From an uncultured bacterium (lineage in GTDB: Bacteria > Patescibacteriota > Minisyncoccia > Phycocordibacterales > PALSA-1337): a stretch of DNA of 64,000 nt. Below, piece by piece: positions 35,292 to 45,787 of the stretch. The position numbers and the translations under genes were made by a program. The DNA lies in contig CAWKMY010000006.1 of assembly GCA_963851055.1 (NCBI GenBank), forward strand, positions 78,965 to 142,964, given 5' to 3'. Position 1 is the first letter of the stretch, and each line of letters opens with the position of its first letter. The notes beneath the pieces are model-generated. The model made no database searches. It saw only the letters and a list, made by a program, of their open reading frames with translations, and was not told the DNA's origin.

Positions 35292-37133
35292 ATGGATATC
35301 ATGAATGTCAACCAGAAAAGACGTATGGAGATGTGGAGAAAATCCTCCGCTAGCCTAGTGCTCGCATTAATTATTTCGTCCGGCCTATTCTTCGCCGCGC
35401 CATCATCGGCTCATGCCGCGGGAGTAGGCACTATCGCTTGCGGAACATCCCTATTCGGATCATCAGCCAGTGCATTGAGTAGTAAAGTTCCTGTAGCCGA
35501 CAGCCAGGTAGAGAGCAACTCTAGCGCTATGAAGAACGTGCAGTGCACCTGGAATGGCATAGCCTGGCAACTAGCCAAAACAGCTTTGCATTCATTAACA
35601 GGCAGCGTGGTCAACTGGATCAATAGCGGCTTTAACGGCAGTCCTTCCTTCCTGACAAATCCCGGTGGATACTTTACCGACCTCGCCGATCAAGCTACCG
35701 GAGAATTTATATCGGATACCGGAGTCTTGTCCGCTCTGTGTTCACCTTTCAATATAGACGTGAGATTGGCCCTGGCCCTTAATCAGTCGAATGGATACGG
35801 CGGGCGATACACCTGCACGCTGAGTTCTATCATCAACAATGTCCAGAATTCAACCGTTAACGGCATGAGTATTAATGGCTTCATGAATGGAGATTTCTCG
35901 CAGGGCGGCTGGCCGGCTTTCATCGCCATAGGCGAACCAAGTAACAATGAGGCCGGGGTGTATCTTCAGGCCCAGAGCGATCTCGCGGAGCGCATAAGCG
36001 GCAAGCAAGCATCTGTCGACAAACAATTGACACAAGGCAATGGGTTTTTATCGTGGCAGAGTTGTACGACCGTAAATCCGGCACAAGCTCAAGCTATGGC
36101 TGGTATAGCCCCAGGAAGCCAGCTCCAAACTGCCTCTCAATCTCTAGCAAATGATCTCAATTACAATGGTAGTGGAGGATATGTCGGTAGCACTTTGCTC
36201 AACCAGACGACCGGTCAGAGCAGTGCCGCAACCCAACCGATGAATGCGTTGGATCTGGAAAACGCCGGTATACAGACTTCGGTAGACGCAAGTGGTAATG
36301 TCAACTACCAGAGTTGCCAGACCCAAACCCCAGGCTCGGTCATCAATAGCTCATTGGAGAAAGTCTTGGGTTCATCGGTTGACGAACTCGGCTTAACGAA
36401 CGATATAAATGAGATAGTCAGTGCTCTTTTCTCCCAACTCTTGATCAAGACCCTCTCGGGAGGATTGTCCGGTGCCAGCCAGTCTACATCCGGAAGTTCC
36501 AACCTCGGATCGATAACCAATCAGCTCATACAGGACCAGGATGGACAGGCTAATGCCGCCGCTCTGCAAGGCCAAGCCGCCGGAGAAGTTCAGCAGACAG
36601 CCAACACAGCCCAACAGGCCGTAACATACCGCTCCCAAATAGTGACTGCATTGACCGGAGAACTTAGCCTCTACCAGACGACGAGCGCCTGTATAGCCAA
36701 CGAGTTGGGCGTGGTTACCTCGAGCTACAACTATCAGAACAATTATTCAAACAGTCCAACTTTTGGACAACAACAGCAGCAGCCGCTGACCCCGAACTAC
36801 TTGCAAAGCGAGCTCACTTCCATAAACACCGCCATAGCCGGCATAGCTCAGCAGATCTCCGACGCCCAAACCAACTTGGCCACAGCTTCCAGCTCCGTAG
36901 TACTGTACCAGAACGCGGCAGACCAGATAGGAGGAGCCTCGTCTCTCAACCAGGCCGTCGACGCCAGCAATCAAGTCTCTTCACAGCTCTCGACCATACC
37001 TTACAATGCGGCCGCTGATCCGGCGTCTGCCCAAACGGACCTGAACTCGACCGTGGCCGGTATAACCGTTCTGGAAACAGCCCGCAAGCCGTACGAGACG
37101 GTATGCAACGGCCAGATGCCGGCTAGCCAGTAA
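35292..37133 (+). CDS. large secreted Q/S/N/T-rich protein
   Basis: Signal peptide ...FFAAPSSAHA. 613 aa. No family recognised. Confidence 0.6.
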   Translation: MDIMNVNQKRRMEMWRKSSASLVLALIISSGLFFAAPSSAHAAGVGTIACGTSLFGSSASALSSKVPVADSQVESNSSAMKNVQCTWNGIAWQLAKTALHSLTGSVVNWINSGFNGSPSFLTNPGGYFTDLADQATGEFISDTGVLSALCSPFNIDVRLALALNQSNGYGGRYTCTLSSIINNVQNSTVNGMSINGFMNGDFSQGGWPAFIAIGEPSNNEAGVYLQAQSDLAERISGKQASVDKQLTQGNGFLSWQSCTTVNPAQAQAMAGIAPGSQLQTASQSLANDLNYNGSGGYVGSTLLNQTTGQSSAATQPMNALDLENAGIQTSVDASGNVNYQSCQTQTPGSVINSSLEKVLGSSVDELGLTNDINEIVSALFSQLLIKTLSGGLSGASQSTSGSSNLGSITNQLIQDQDGQANAAALQGQAAGEVQQTANTAQQAVTYRSQIVTALTGELSLYQTTSACIANELGVVTSSYNYQNNYSNSPTFGQQQQQPLTPNYLQSELTSINTAIAGIAQQISDAQTNLATASSSVVLYQNAADQIGGASSLNQAVDASNQVSSQLSTIPYNAAADPASAQTDLNSTVAGITVLETARKPYETVCNGQMPASQ

Positions 37134-37140
37134 ATATAAT

Positions 37141-39019
37141 ATGAAGAGAACATTGTTCACACGAGCAATACTATTCAGCACGGCGCTCGTCTTCGCTGGA
37201 GTTGTCTTTTTGCTGCCGCAGCAGGCGCATGCGCAGACATCATCTACTTTCATAAATATCGCTGCCGGGGTTCTCGACAGTATGATCGCTGGCATTATGA
37301 ACACGGTACTTTGGGTCATGCACTGGTTCGTGGTATTCGCGGGAGCCATGTTGAATGTGTCCATAAATCTGACTCTGCATATAAAAGACTTCGTCAATGC
37401 CACACAGGGCGTGTATCTAGTCTGGCAAACGATTCGGGACATATCCGGATTATTCATCATATTCATGTTGCTCTACGCTTCTTTCAGACTGATATTGAGC
37501 AAGGAAGAAGGCGGTGGTGGCATCGGTAGCGTCGGCAACATGATCAAGAACATCGTCATCGCCGGCATTCTCATCAATTTCAGCTTCTTCATCGTCAGTT
37601 TACTCATAGACGCTTCGAATATAGTCTCACTAGCTATATACAACGGCATAGTGGGCGCACCGACAACCCAGACGGCACCAGTCACGAACATTAGCGATCA
37701 GGTCAACGCGGTGGTGACTGGCACTAGCAACAGTGTTGGGCTTGGAGACATATTCATGAGCAAACTCGAGCTTCAGAAAGCTTATGCTCCGGGACAGTCT
37801 CGACCTAGGAAACGCCAATAGTCCCACTCCCGCACCCTTGAAGACACTCCTCCAAGGCATAGTAGGCATAGTCATCATGTTTACCGCCGCCATGAGCTTC
37901 CTCATAGCCGCGGTCGCTTTCGCCGCTAGACTCATCATCCTCATCATTCTTCTGGCATTTTCTCCGGTATGGTTCGCGGCAATGATATTTCCTATACTCG
38001 ACAGCAAGAAAAAGCAATACACCGATATGCTCAAGGGTCAGCTCATATTCATGCCGATATATCTATTGTTGCTTTACGCCGCCATGACCATCATCACCAA
38101 GAGCACTATCTTTAACGACACGGCCACCAGTTCCTTGAATGGCACAGTAGCCGCCGGAGCTTGGATACCGAAAGATCTCATAGTTCTGGCTATAAATGAT
38201 TTCTTCATCATTTTCCTGTTGAACTTGCCTCTGGTCACAGCTTTCAGCATGGCAGGTTCGTCGGTCAAGTGGTTGGAGGGTGCCACGAAGAGATTCAATA
38301 CGGAAAATGTGTGGCAGAGGGTTGGCCAATTCGCTGGTAGGAATACTATTGGAAGAGGGGCAAACTTTGTACGCGATTCTCGTCCGATGAAAGCACTTTA
38401 TAATGTACCAGGAGTTGGTGTATTAGCTCATCAAACTCTTTCGAAAGGTGCTTCACTTGGCTTTGGTGACAAGAAAGCAAGCTTTGACGCGGTGAGAAAG
38501 AGCAAAGTTGAGGCTCGTGCTAAAATGGCTGAGAGCGCGAAACTTAATGAGTTCCAGACAAATCGAAGACTAAACGCAAACGGAGGAAGGCTTATTCTGG
38601 AGGATAAAGGATATATTGATTTACAAAACAAATCTATGCAGATAGCAAGTGATGCGACTGCGCAGAAAAGTAAAGTGGCAACCATTGAGGCGGAGAAAGC
38701 AAGTTTAATAAGTATATGGGGACCATCAAGTATTCCCGTCAAAAATAAACAGGCGGAACTAGATAAAGAACAAAAAATGCTTACCGACTTGGAAAACAAC
38801 CTGAAAGAAAATATGAAACAGGGAGAGAATCTAGTTAAAGCAATAAAGGAAAGGGTGCAAAATGAACCGAAGGAAAATATAAGGGAAAGTTACGAAAGTA
38901 AATCTTCTGGAAGATTTGGATCATTCAACAAGGCAGTAGCTGATAAAATCAAAAAGGGTAAAGACCCATACTCAGATATTATGGACAAAATAGCTGGAAT
39001 GGAAGATAAAATAAAATAA
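37141..39019 (+). pseudogene. polytopic membrane protein, VirB6/TrbL-like (putative), one frameshift about 37790-37815
   Basis: Signal peptide plus at least 7 TM helices spread over two overlapping frames (37141-37821 and 37784-39019). Long C-terminal coiled coil. Context is next to VirB4/PrgI genes. Confidence 0.55.
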
Positions 39020-39037
39020 GCAAACCATAAAATTACC

Positions 39038-39755
39038 ATGGACACTAATACAGATACAAAGGAACTGATTAAAGAGCGTTACCAAACACTTCCCAAAGAG
39101 GTCAAAGATGCTATTACTGCCTCTGACTTCACGAACAAGATGAAGACACTGGCCAGCAGTCACTCTTTAATGCTCGATCAGACAGACTCGTTACAAAAGG
39201 CTATTCTAGTTATAATGCTTGGTCTAGAACCATCTTCAACTTTCGTCGATAGTATAATTTCAGAACTTGGAATAAATAGAGGAAAGGCAACCGCAATCGC
39301 AAAAGACGTCAACCAGCTCATATTTGACCCGATAAGAAAATATCTAAGGGAATGGGAAGAACAAGAAGAAAAGACGATTCAAGAGAACGAAAAATCACAA
39401 TCCATAACCGACCTCGAACGTGCCGGAGGTTTCACCATCGAGCATAACGGCCAAAACAGCAATGGGGGAGCACCGATCGAATCTTCCTGGGGCGGAAGAG
39501 GTAACGGAAAGCAAGGAAGAATTGGTAGCCGGCATAGAGAATCCGACTCCTACGAAGCCTGCCATACCGGTACAGGAATAAAACCATACGGAAGCGCTCG
39601 TGGACCGCCTGCTCGCCGGACCGATGACAGCAGTGGAGCAGAAGACTGTCCAAACTCCTCCACAAGAACCAGCAGTAGCCAAACCAGAGCCAAAAGCTCC
39701 GCAGACACCACCGAAACCGGCTGGACCGGATGCCTATAGGGAGCCGATTCAGTAG
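39038..39755 (+). pseudogene. hypothetical protein; frameshift about 39470 and in-frame TAA at 39579-39581
   Basis: The plausible C-terminus ...NLPGAEEVTESKEELVAGIENPTPTKPAIPVQE*NHTEALVDRLLAGPMTAVEQKT...PDAYREPIQ lies in a second frame. The listed frame gives low-complexity nonsense. Confidence 0.5.
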
Positions 39756-39801
39756 AAATATGTAATCCTGATGGTGAACCATCAAAAAGATAATATTCAA
39801 A

Positions 39802-39828
39802 AATAGGCTTAAAGATAGGCCTATTTTC
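39802..39828 (+). terminator. rho-independent terminator
   Basis: AATAGGC-ttaaagatag-GCCTATT followed by TTTC. Confidence 0.6.
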
Positions 39829-39914
39829 ATGAAAACTTAAGATATACAATGTAAAAACTTGCATTTTTACGTATAAAATGGTAATTTTGATGGTGAACTA
39901 TTAAAATTACAATT

Positions 39915-41054
39915 ATGAACATACAAAGGTCTATAAAAAATAAAATAGTGGGATGGCTTTTCAAGGGTAAAATCATCATCATATATGGTCCGCGCCGTGT
40001 GGGTAAAACAACATTGGTCTTGGAAATAATGAAGGAATATGGGAATGACGCGAAATATATCGATTGCGAGAACGTCTTCAACCGTCAATCAATGGAGATC
40101 CACGATGAAAAGAAACTCCGGAACTTTTTGGGGGCCGGTAGACTTTTTATCATAGATGAAGCTCAACGGGTATTAAATATCGGCATATCGCTCAAACTGT
40201 TAGTCGACCATTACCCGGACATCCAGATTATCGCCACCGGATCATCGAGTTTCGATCTTTCAAACAAGATCAAGGAGCCGTTGACTGGTAGAGCGGTATC
40301 ATTTACTTTGTTTCCGGTATCTCTAGCTGAATTATCCGCTACTGGAATAAATGTATCAGATCCGTTCAGCCGCCAGGATGTTTTGGCAGAATTATTGACA
40401 TTTGGAAGCTACCCAGAAATCGTGAGCGGTGAAGCGACCGATCGTATCTTATATCTCCGTGAATTGACTGATAACTATCTTTACAAAGATGTTTTTGAAT
40501 ACGAGCACCTGAAAAAGCCGAACGTGCTCATCAAATTACTCCAGCTTCTGGCATACCAGATCGGTAATGAAGTCTCTTACAATGAACTTGCCACGAAACT
40601 GGAGATAAATCGCGAGACCGTCATCCGGTATGTCGATCTTCTGGAGAAAGCTTTTGTCATCTTCAGACTAACCCCCTTCTCTCGAAATCTGCGCAATGAG
40701 ATCGGTAAAAAGAATAAAATATATTTCTACGATCTGGGCATCCGAAACACATTGACCGATTCATTCGGAAAGCTGGAAACGAGGTCCGATATCGGGGCCT
40801 TGTGGGAAAATTTCTGCGTCCTTGAACGACAGAAGCTGATCCAGGAAAAACAATGGTACAGAAGCCGTTACTTTTGGAGAACTCAAAGGCATAAGGAAAT
40901 CGATTATCTCGAGGAACACGACGGGCGGCTCTACGGATACGAGTTCAAATGGGGAACAAAAAAATACTCGCCGCCCAAGGAATTTTTGGATGAGTATAGC
41001 AATAGCTCGGTCGTAGTCGTTGACCGTAGCAATTATAGGGAATTCTTAATGTAA
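39915..41054 (+). CDS. AAA+ ATPase with DUF4143-type C-terminal domain
   Basis: Walker A YGPRRVGKTTL, Walker B LFIIDEAQ. The C-terminal region is typical of the AAA_14/DUF4143 family. Confidence 0.8.
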   Translation: MNIQRSIKNKIVGWLFKGKIIIIYGPRRVGKTTLVLEIMKEYGNDAKYIDCENVFNRQSMEIHDEKKLRNFLGAGRLFIIDEAQRVLNIGISLKLLVDHYPDIQIIATGSSSFDLSNKIKEPLTGRAVSFTLFPVSLAELSATGINVSDPFSRQDVLAELLTFGSYPEIVSGEATDRILYLRELTDNYLYKDVFEYEHLKKPNVLIKLLQLLAYQIGNEVSYNELATKLEINRETVIRYVDLLEKAFVIFRLTPFSRNLRNEIGKKNKIYFYDLGIRNTLTDSFGKLETRSDIGALWENFCVLERQKLIQEKQWYRSRYFWRTQRHKEIDYLEEHDGRLYGYEFKWGTKKYSPPKEFLDEYSNSSVVVVDRSNYREFLM

Positions 41055-41070
41055 GGTATAATACTAGGCA

Positions 41071-41505
41071 ATGCGCTTCCAAGTCCCCCAATTCATCGAG
41101 GTTGAGGACAAGATATTCGGGCCACTCACCTTGAAACAGTTCATCTATTTGGCCGGTGGTGCCGGACTGTCTTTCGTCATCTATGTCTTCCTGGGCAATC
41201 TGTTATTCTCATTCATACCCATCATCGTCGTCTTGGCGATTTCAGCCACTCTGGCTTTCTACCGAATAAATAACCGTCCATTCATCAACGTCATGGAATC
41301 AGCTTTCCGATATTTTAGAGGCGGCAAACTGTACATATGGAAGAAAGAGGATAAGCCCCAGCCAAAAAACACCAGTGAGGCCGTCAAAGATGCCAAAAAT
41401 TACGCTTCCGTCATGGTGCCGAAGATAGCGGATAGCAAGCTCAAAGACTTGGCATGGAGCCTAGATATAAAAGAAAGTATCTACTCGGATAAAAACCAGA
41501 AATAA
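41071..41505 (+). CDS. PrgI/VirB3-like small membrane protein
   Basis: MRFQVPQFIEVEDKIFGPLTLKQFIYLAGGAGLSFVIYVF plus a second TM helix. TATAAT lies 8 nt from the ATG. Confidence 0.7.
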   Translation: MRFQVPQFIEVEDKIFGPLTLKQFIYLAGGAGLSFVIYVFLGNLLFSFIPIIVVLAISATLAFYRINNRPFINVMESAFRYFRGGKLYIWKKEDKPQPKNTSEAVKDAKNYASVMVPKIADSKLKDLAWSLDIKESIYSDKNQK

Positions 41506-42173
41506 TGGCCTCAAAACAACAGACAACTCAGAACTTTATTCCCATCCAGGAGATCCGTGACGGTATCGTCATCCTGAAATCCGGCGGCATGCGCTCGGTC
41601 GTTCTTTGCACCTCGCTCAACTTTGCCCTCAAGTCCGCTGACGAGCAGAGCTCTATCCTGATGCAATTCCAGAATTTCTTGAATTCCCTGGACTTCTCAA
41701 TCCAGATATTCGCCCAATCGAAAAAACTAGACATCAGGCCATATATAGCCCTCTTGGAAGATCGCTACAAAGATCAGACTACAGAGCTCATGAAGATCCA
41801 GGTCCGTGAATACATAGAATTCATCAAATCTTTCGTCGAATCCACCAACATCATGTCCAAAAGCTTCTTCGTGGTCATACCTTACGACCCACCGATAATG
41901 ACTGCCAGCAAGAATCCGCTATCCGGAATGATGCCTGGCGGCAATAAAAAGAGTTCGACCGCGGCAAAAGAATCGGCTGACCAGAAATTCGCTGAATATA
42001 GGAGCCAATTGGAACAGCGCGTGGCGGTGGTAGAGCAGGGCTTGGTCCGTTGTGGCATTCGCGCGGCAGAACTGGGCACGGAAGAAGTGGTAGAATTGTT
42101 CTACAAGCTCTTCAATCCGGGGGAGACAGAGAAGCCGATACAGATAACATGTAAAACAGTAAAGTGTAAATAG
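41505..42173 (+). CDS. VirB4/TraE N-terminal-domain-like protein (separate ORF)
   Basis: IPIQEIRDGIVILKSGGMRSVVLCTSLNFALKSADEQSSILMQFQNFLNSL matches the N-terminus of Gram-positive VirB4 ATPases. The start overlaps the previous stop (TAATG). Confidence 0.6.
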   Translation: MASKQQTTQNFIPIQEIRDGIVILKSGGMRSVVLCTSLNFALKSADEQSSILMQFQNFLNSLDFSIQIFAQSKKLDIRPYIALLEDRYKDQTTELMKIQVREYIEFIKSFVESTNIMSKSFFVVIPYDPPIMTASKNPLSGMMPGGNKKSSTAAKESADQKFAEYRSQLEQRVAVVEQGLVRCGIRAAELGTEEVVELFYKLFNPGETEKPIQITCKTVKCK

Positions 42174-42264
42174 AGTATGTCAATATTATCAAAAATTATT
42201 AGGCAAAAAAGACGCTTCTCCAATCGTTTCCATCCTGCCGGAGGAGATATACCAGGCTGGCGTA

Positions 42265-43992
42265 TTGGAATTGAAAGATGTTATCGCTCCTTCTGCTCTC
42301 AAAGTCACCCCGAAGGAGATAAATCTCGGCGAAAAAGTCGGTAGGACCCTTTTCGTCATATCATACCCGCGCTTCTTGGAAGAAAGCTGGTTCGCTCCTA
42401 TCATAAATCTAGACAAGATCTTCAATATTTCCATATTCATACATCCTGTAGATACGGCCAAGATACTGCGTCATTTCCAAAAGAAAGTGGCCGAAGTCCA
42501 AAGCCAGATTTCTAGGAGAGAAGAGAAGGGTCTAGTCCGTGATCCTAGCCTGGATACAGCTTATCAGGACCTAGAACAGCTACGCGATCAGCTCATGCAG
42601 GCCCAGGAACACCTATTCGATGTGGGTGTATACATAACCATATTCGCCGACAACGACAATGAGTTGGATAAGCTCGAATCAGAGATAAAATCCATCCTTG
42701 AATCAAAGCTTGTCTACCTGAAGCCGGCGCTTTTCCAACAGGAACAGGGCTTCAAATCCGTAATTCCGATAGCAGATGACCAGTTAAATGTGCACTCAAA
42801 ATTGAACTCCTCTCCATTGTCGAGCCTCTTTCCATTCGTCTCCTTCGATCTCACATCGAATAAAGGGATTCTGTACGGAATAAACAGACACAACTCTTCG
42901 TTGGTCCTTTTCGACCGTTACTCTCTAGAAAATTATAATTCCGTGACCTTCGCTACAGCTGGCGCAGGAAAATCTTATTGCACAAAGCTAGAAATTTTGA
43001 GAACGCTCATGTTCGACGTGGATGTCATAGTCATAGATCCTGAAAAAGAATACGAATATATGGCCGAGGCCACCGGTGGCAAATATTTCAATATTTCTCT
43101 CAACTCTGAACACCATATAAACCCATTTGACCTGCCTATAGCCCGCGAAGATGAGTCCAGCTCCGATGTTCTGCGCTCCAATATCATCAATCTTGTCGGC
43201 CTATTCCGCATAATGTTGGGCGGTTTGTCACAAGAAGAAGACGCTATCATCGACCGTGCCATCACCGAAACTTATGCCTTGAAGGACATAACTCCTGATT
43301 CTGATTTCAAGGACGTCGATCCGCCGCTATTGTCTGACTTCGAACTTGTGCTGGCTGGAATGGAAGGCGCAGACTCGCTCGTTCAGCGCTTGTCCAAATA
43401 CACAAAAGGTACATGGGCCGGCTTCATCAACCAGCCTTCCAATGTGGACATCAATAAGAAGTTCATCGTCTTTTCCCTGCGCGACATGGAAGACGAACTC
43501 AAACCGGTAGCCATGTATCTCGTCACTCACTACATCTGGAATGCCATCAGGAAGGAGCTAAAGAAGCGTCTACTCGTCATCGATGAGGCTTGGTGGATGA
43601 TGAAGTCCGAAGATACGGCCTCATTCCTATTCGGTCTAGCCAAGCGCGGACGCAAGTATTTCCTCGGCCTTTCCACCATCACACAGGACGTGGATGACTT
43701 CTTGAACTCACCATACGGCATGCCTATAGTGACGAACTCTTCTATCCAGATATTGCTAAAGCAATCACCAACTGTCATCGACCATATACAGAAAACATTC
43801 AACCTCACTGATGAGGAGAAATACTTGCTTCTGGAATCAGACGTTGGCGAAGGTATATTCTTCGTAGGACTAAAGCACGTGGCTATAAAGATAGTCGGTT
43901 CATACACCGAAGATCAGATCATCACTACCAATCCTCAACAGGTTATGGCTATCAGAGATGCAAAGAAGCAGCTGGGGCAGGCTCAAGGGTAG
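42265..43992 (+). CDS. VirB4/TrbE-family T4SS ATPase
   Basis: Walker A FATAGAGKSY, Walker B LLVIDEAWWMM. The TTG start is from the ORF track. The likely true start is ATG 42177, joined through a frameshift in the A6 run at 42205-42210 (MSILSKIIRQK|DASPIVSILPEEIYQAGVLELKD). Confidence 0.88.
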   Translation: MELKDVIAPSALKVTPKEINLGEKVGRTLFVISYPRFLEESWFAPIINLDKIFNISIFIHPVDTAKILRHFQKKVAEVQSQISRREEKGLVRDPSLDTAYQDLEQLRDQLMQAQEHLFDVGVYITIFADNDNELDKLESEIKSILESKLVYLKPALFQQEQGFKSVIPIADDQLNVHSKLNSSPLSSLFPFVSFDLTSNKGILYGINRHNSSLVLFDRYSLENYNSVTFATAGAGKSYCTKLEILRTLMFDVDVIVIDPEKEYEYMAEATGGKYFNISLNSEHHINPFDLPIAREDESSSDVLRSNIINLVGLFRIMLGGLSQEEDAIIDRAITETYALKDITPDSDFKDVDPPLLSDFELVLAGMEGADSLVQRLSKYTKGTWAGFINQPSNVDINKKFIVFSLRDMEDELKPVAMYLVTHYIWNAIRKELKKRLLVIDEAWWMMKSEDTASFLFGLAKRGRKYFLGLSTITQDVDDFLNSPYGMPIVTNSSIQILLKQSPTVIDHIQKTFNLTDEEKYLLLESDVGEGIFFVGLKHVAIKIVGSYTEDQIITTNPQQVMAIRDAKKQLGQAQG

Positions 43993-44024
43993 TCCGGACG
44001 GTTCGCATGCTATAATTTCTCATC

Positions 44025-44546
44025 ATGGCGTGTAAAATAGGAAAAAAAGAATGGTGGATCATATATGCCGTCACGGCTACCCTGGATTTCATCCAGTTCG
44101 TCATAATCGAATGCATACTGGTTTGGTTCTTCGGCGCCGGCGCTTTGATCAATGAGGTACTAGACCCCATCGTTGGCATCCTATTTGCCTTATACCTGTT
44201 CTTACGTGGAGTAAGCCCAGCGAAGTATTGGAAAAGTTACGCTTCTATACTGGGAATGGAAGCTTTGGAAGAGTTAACTGGCGGTGCTGCTCAATTGTGG
44301 ATATTGGATGCTTGGTACATACACAAAAATATACAACAGATAGAGGGGGCTGAGCAGGTACGAAAAGAGCAGGAAGCGTTCATGCAGTCAAATGTGCAAC
44401 GGCCGGCAAATCAAATCGGTCCTGACGGAACCAGCTATAGACCACCGGAAAATACTCACATCGCTCCGGCGCCATCTGAGATGAGTCAACACCCTGCACC
44501 ATCAAGGGCATCGAATTTCAACGGCGTAAGGCGCCCGGGGTCATAA
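44025..44546 (+). CDS. membrane protein (3-4 TM helices), T4SS-cluster associated
   Basis: TGcTATAAT lies 8 nt from the ATG. Hydrophobic helices, then a Pro-rich tail. Confidence 0.55.
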   Translation: MACKIGKKEWWIIYAVTATLDFIQFVIIECILVWFFGAGALINEVLDPIVGILFALYLFLRGVSPAKYWKSYASILGMEALEELTGGAAQLWILDAWYIHKNIQQIEGAEQVRKEQEAFMQSNVQRPANQIGPDGTSYRPPENTHIAPAPSEMSQHPAPSRASNFNGVRRPGS

Positions 44547-44727
44547 CTTTACAAAAGAAGAATATAGTTCGTGTATAAGCCACGGAATCTTCAGGATACC
44601 AAGTGTCTTTCCTCGAAATTTTCTGACGAGGACACTGACTTTGACCTGGTACGGCAAGTCTGGGCAAGAAAAGTCGCGTGAATAACCAGCATCGCAAACC
44701 AGCCATTATATTGCTAGAATATAGCCA

Positions 44728-45783
44728 ATGAGGCGCACCGCTTTAATAAACCTGTTTACTGTTTACGGATTACTGTTTACTGTTTTTTGTTTACTGTTTA
44801 CTGTCGTAGCTCACGCCCAAGCTATCCCCTCCGGTATCAACAGCCTAACTTTGACGCCATCCTCCAACAACCCTGTCCCCGGACAGACGGTGACCATAAC
44901 AGCGGAGAGCTACAGCTTCGATATCAATTCCGCCACCGTCATATGGACAGTTAATGGCAAACAGGTGCAGAAAGGCATAGGCGCCACGACTTTGGACATA
45001 ACGGCTCCTCCTCTCGGCAAGAAAACTACAGTCGATATAACGGCCGTAACTCCCAGTAGCGGAAGCTTCACCGGCTCTATCACCATAGGCTCGGGTTCCA
45101 TAGACCTCATCGTCGAGACTGACGGCTATGTCCCGCCTTTCTACATGGGCAAGGCTCCGCTAGCGTATCAGAATAATTTCACCATCATAGCCATACCCCA
45201 TCTCGCCAATTCTTCCGGTAAAGAATATGATCCGGCTGGACTCGTATATCAATGGAAAAAAGACGACGGCACTGTTCTGCAGAGCCAATCCGGATATGCC
45301 CGGCAGTCTATAACTCTGGCAGGTAACATAGTGCCAAGACCTTACTATCTCATGGTCACCGCTACATCCCGTGACGGTTCGGCTCAAGCTGAGAGCCTCA
45401 TACAGATCGCTCCGCAGGCACCATCAATGACTTTCTACAATGATGACCCTCTGTATGGCCCACTTTTCAACCGGGCTATAGGCAATACCTTGTATATAGG
45501 CATGCAGAAGGAGGCGCGCGCCTTTGCGGCCTTATTCGGCTTCAATATTTTCCCCGGAAATCCCAATGCTTTGACCCTAGACTGGTCCATCAATAACGTC
45601 GAGCATCCGGAATTGGCTTCTAGCCAGTCCATAGTTATGCGAGCTCCGGATGGAGTCTCCGGTCAGTCAGCTATAGCCCTTTCCGTACGCGGAGCACAAG
45701 ATATACTACAAGGAGCTGATGGGGCATTCAATGTAGCCTTTAGCGCCAGTCAGTCGGCATCTTCTACGCCGGTAACATTTTAA
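44728..45783 (+). CDS. secreted protein; signal peptide encoded by heptamer repeats
   Basis: MRRTALINLFTVYGLLFTVFCLLFTVVAHA signal. TGcTAGAAT lies 7 nt from the ATG. Confidence 0.6.
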   Translation: MRRTALINLFTVYGLLFTVFCLLFTVVAHAQAIPSGINSLTLTPSSNNPVPGQTVTITAESYSFDINSATVIWTVNGKQVQKGIGATTLDITAPPLGKKTTVDITAVTPSSGSFTGSITIGSGSIDLIVETDGYVPPFYMGKAPLAYQNNFTIIAIPHLANSSGKEYDPAGLVYQWKKDDGTVLQSQSGYARQSITLAGNIVPRPYYLMVTATSRDGSAQAESLIQIAPQAPSMTFYNDDPLYGPLFNRAIGNTLYIGMQKEARAFAALFGFNIFPGNPNALTLDWSINNVEHPELASSQSIVMRAPDGVSGQSAIALSVRGAQDILQGADGAFNVAFSASQSASSTPVTF

Positions 45784-45787
45784 ACAT

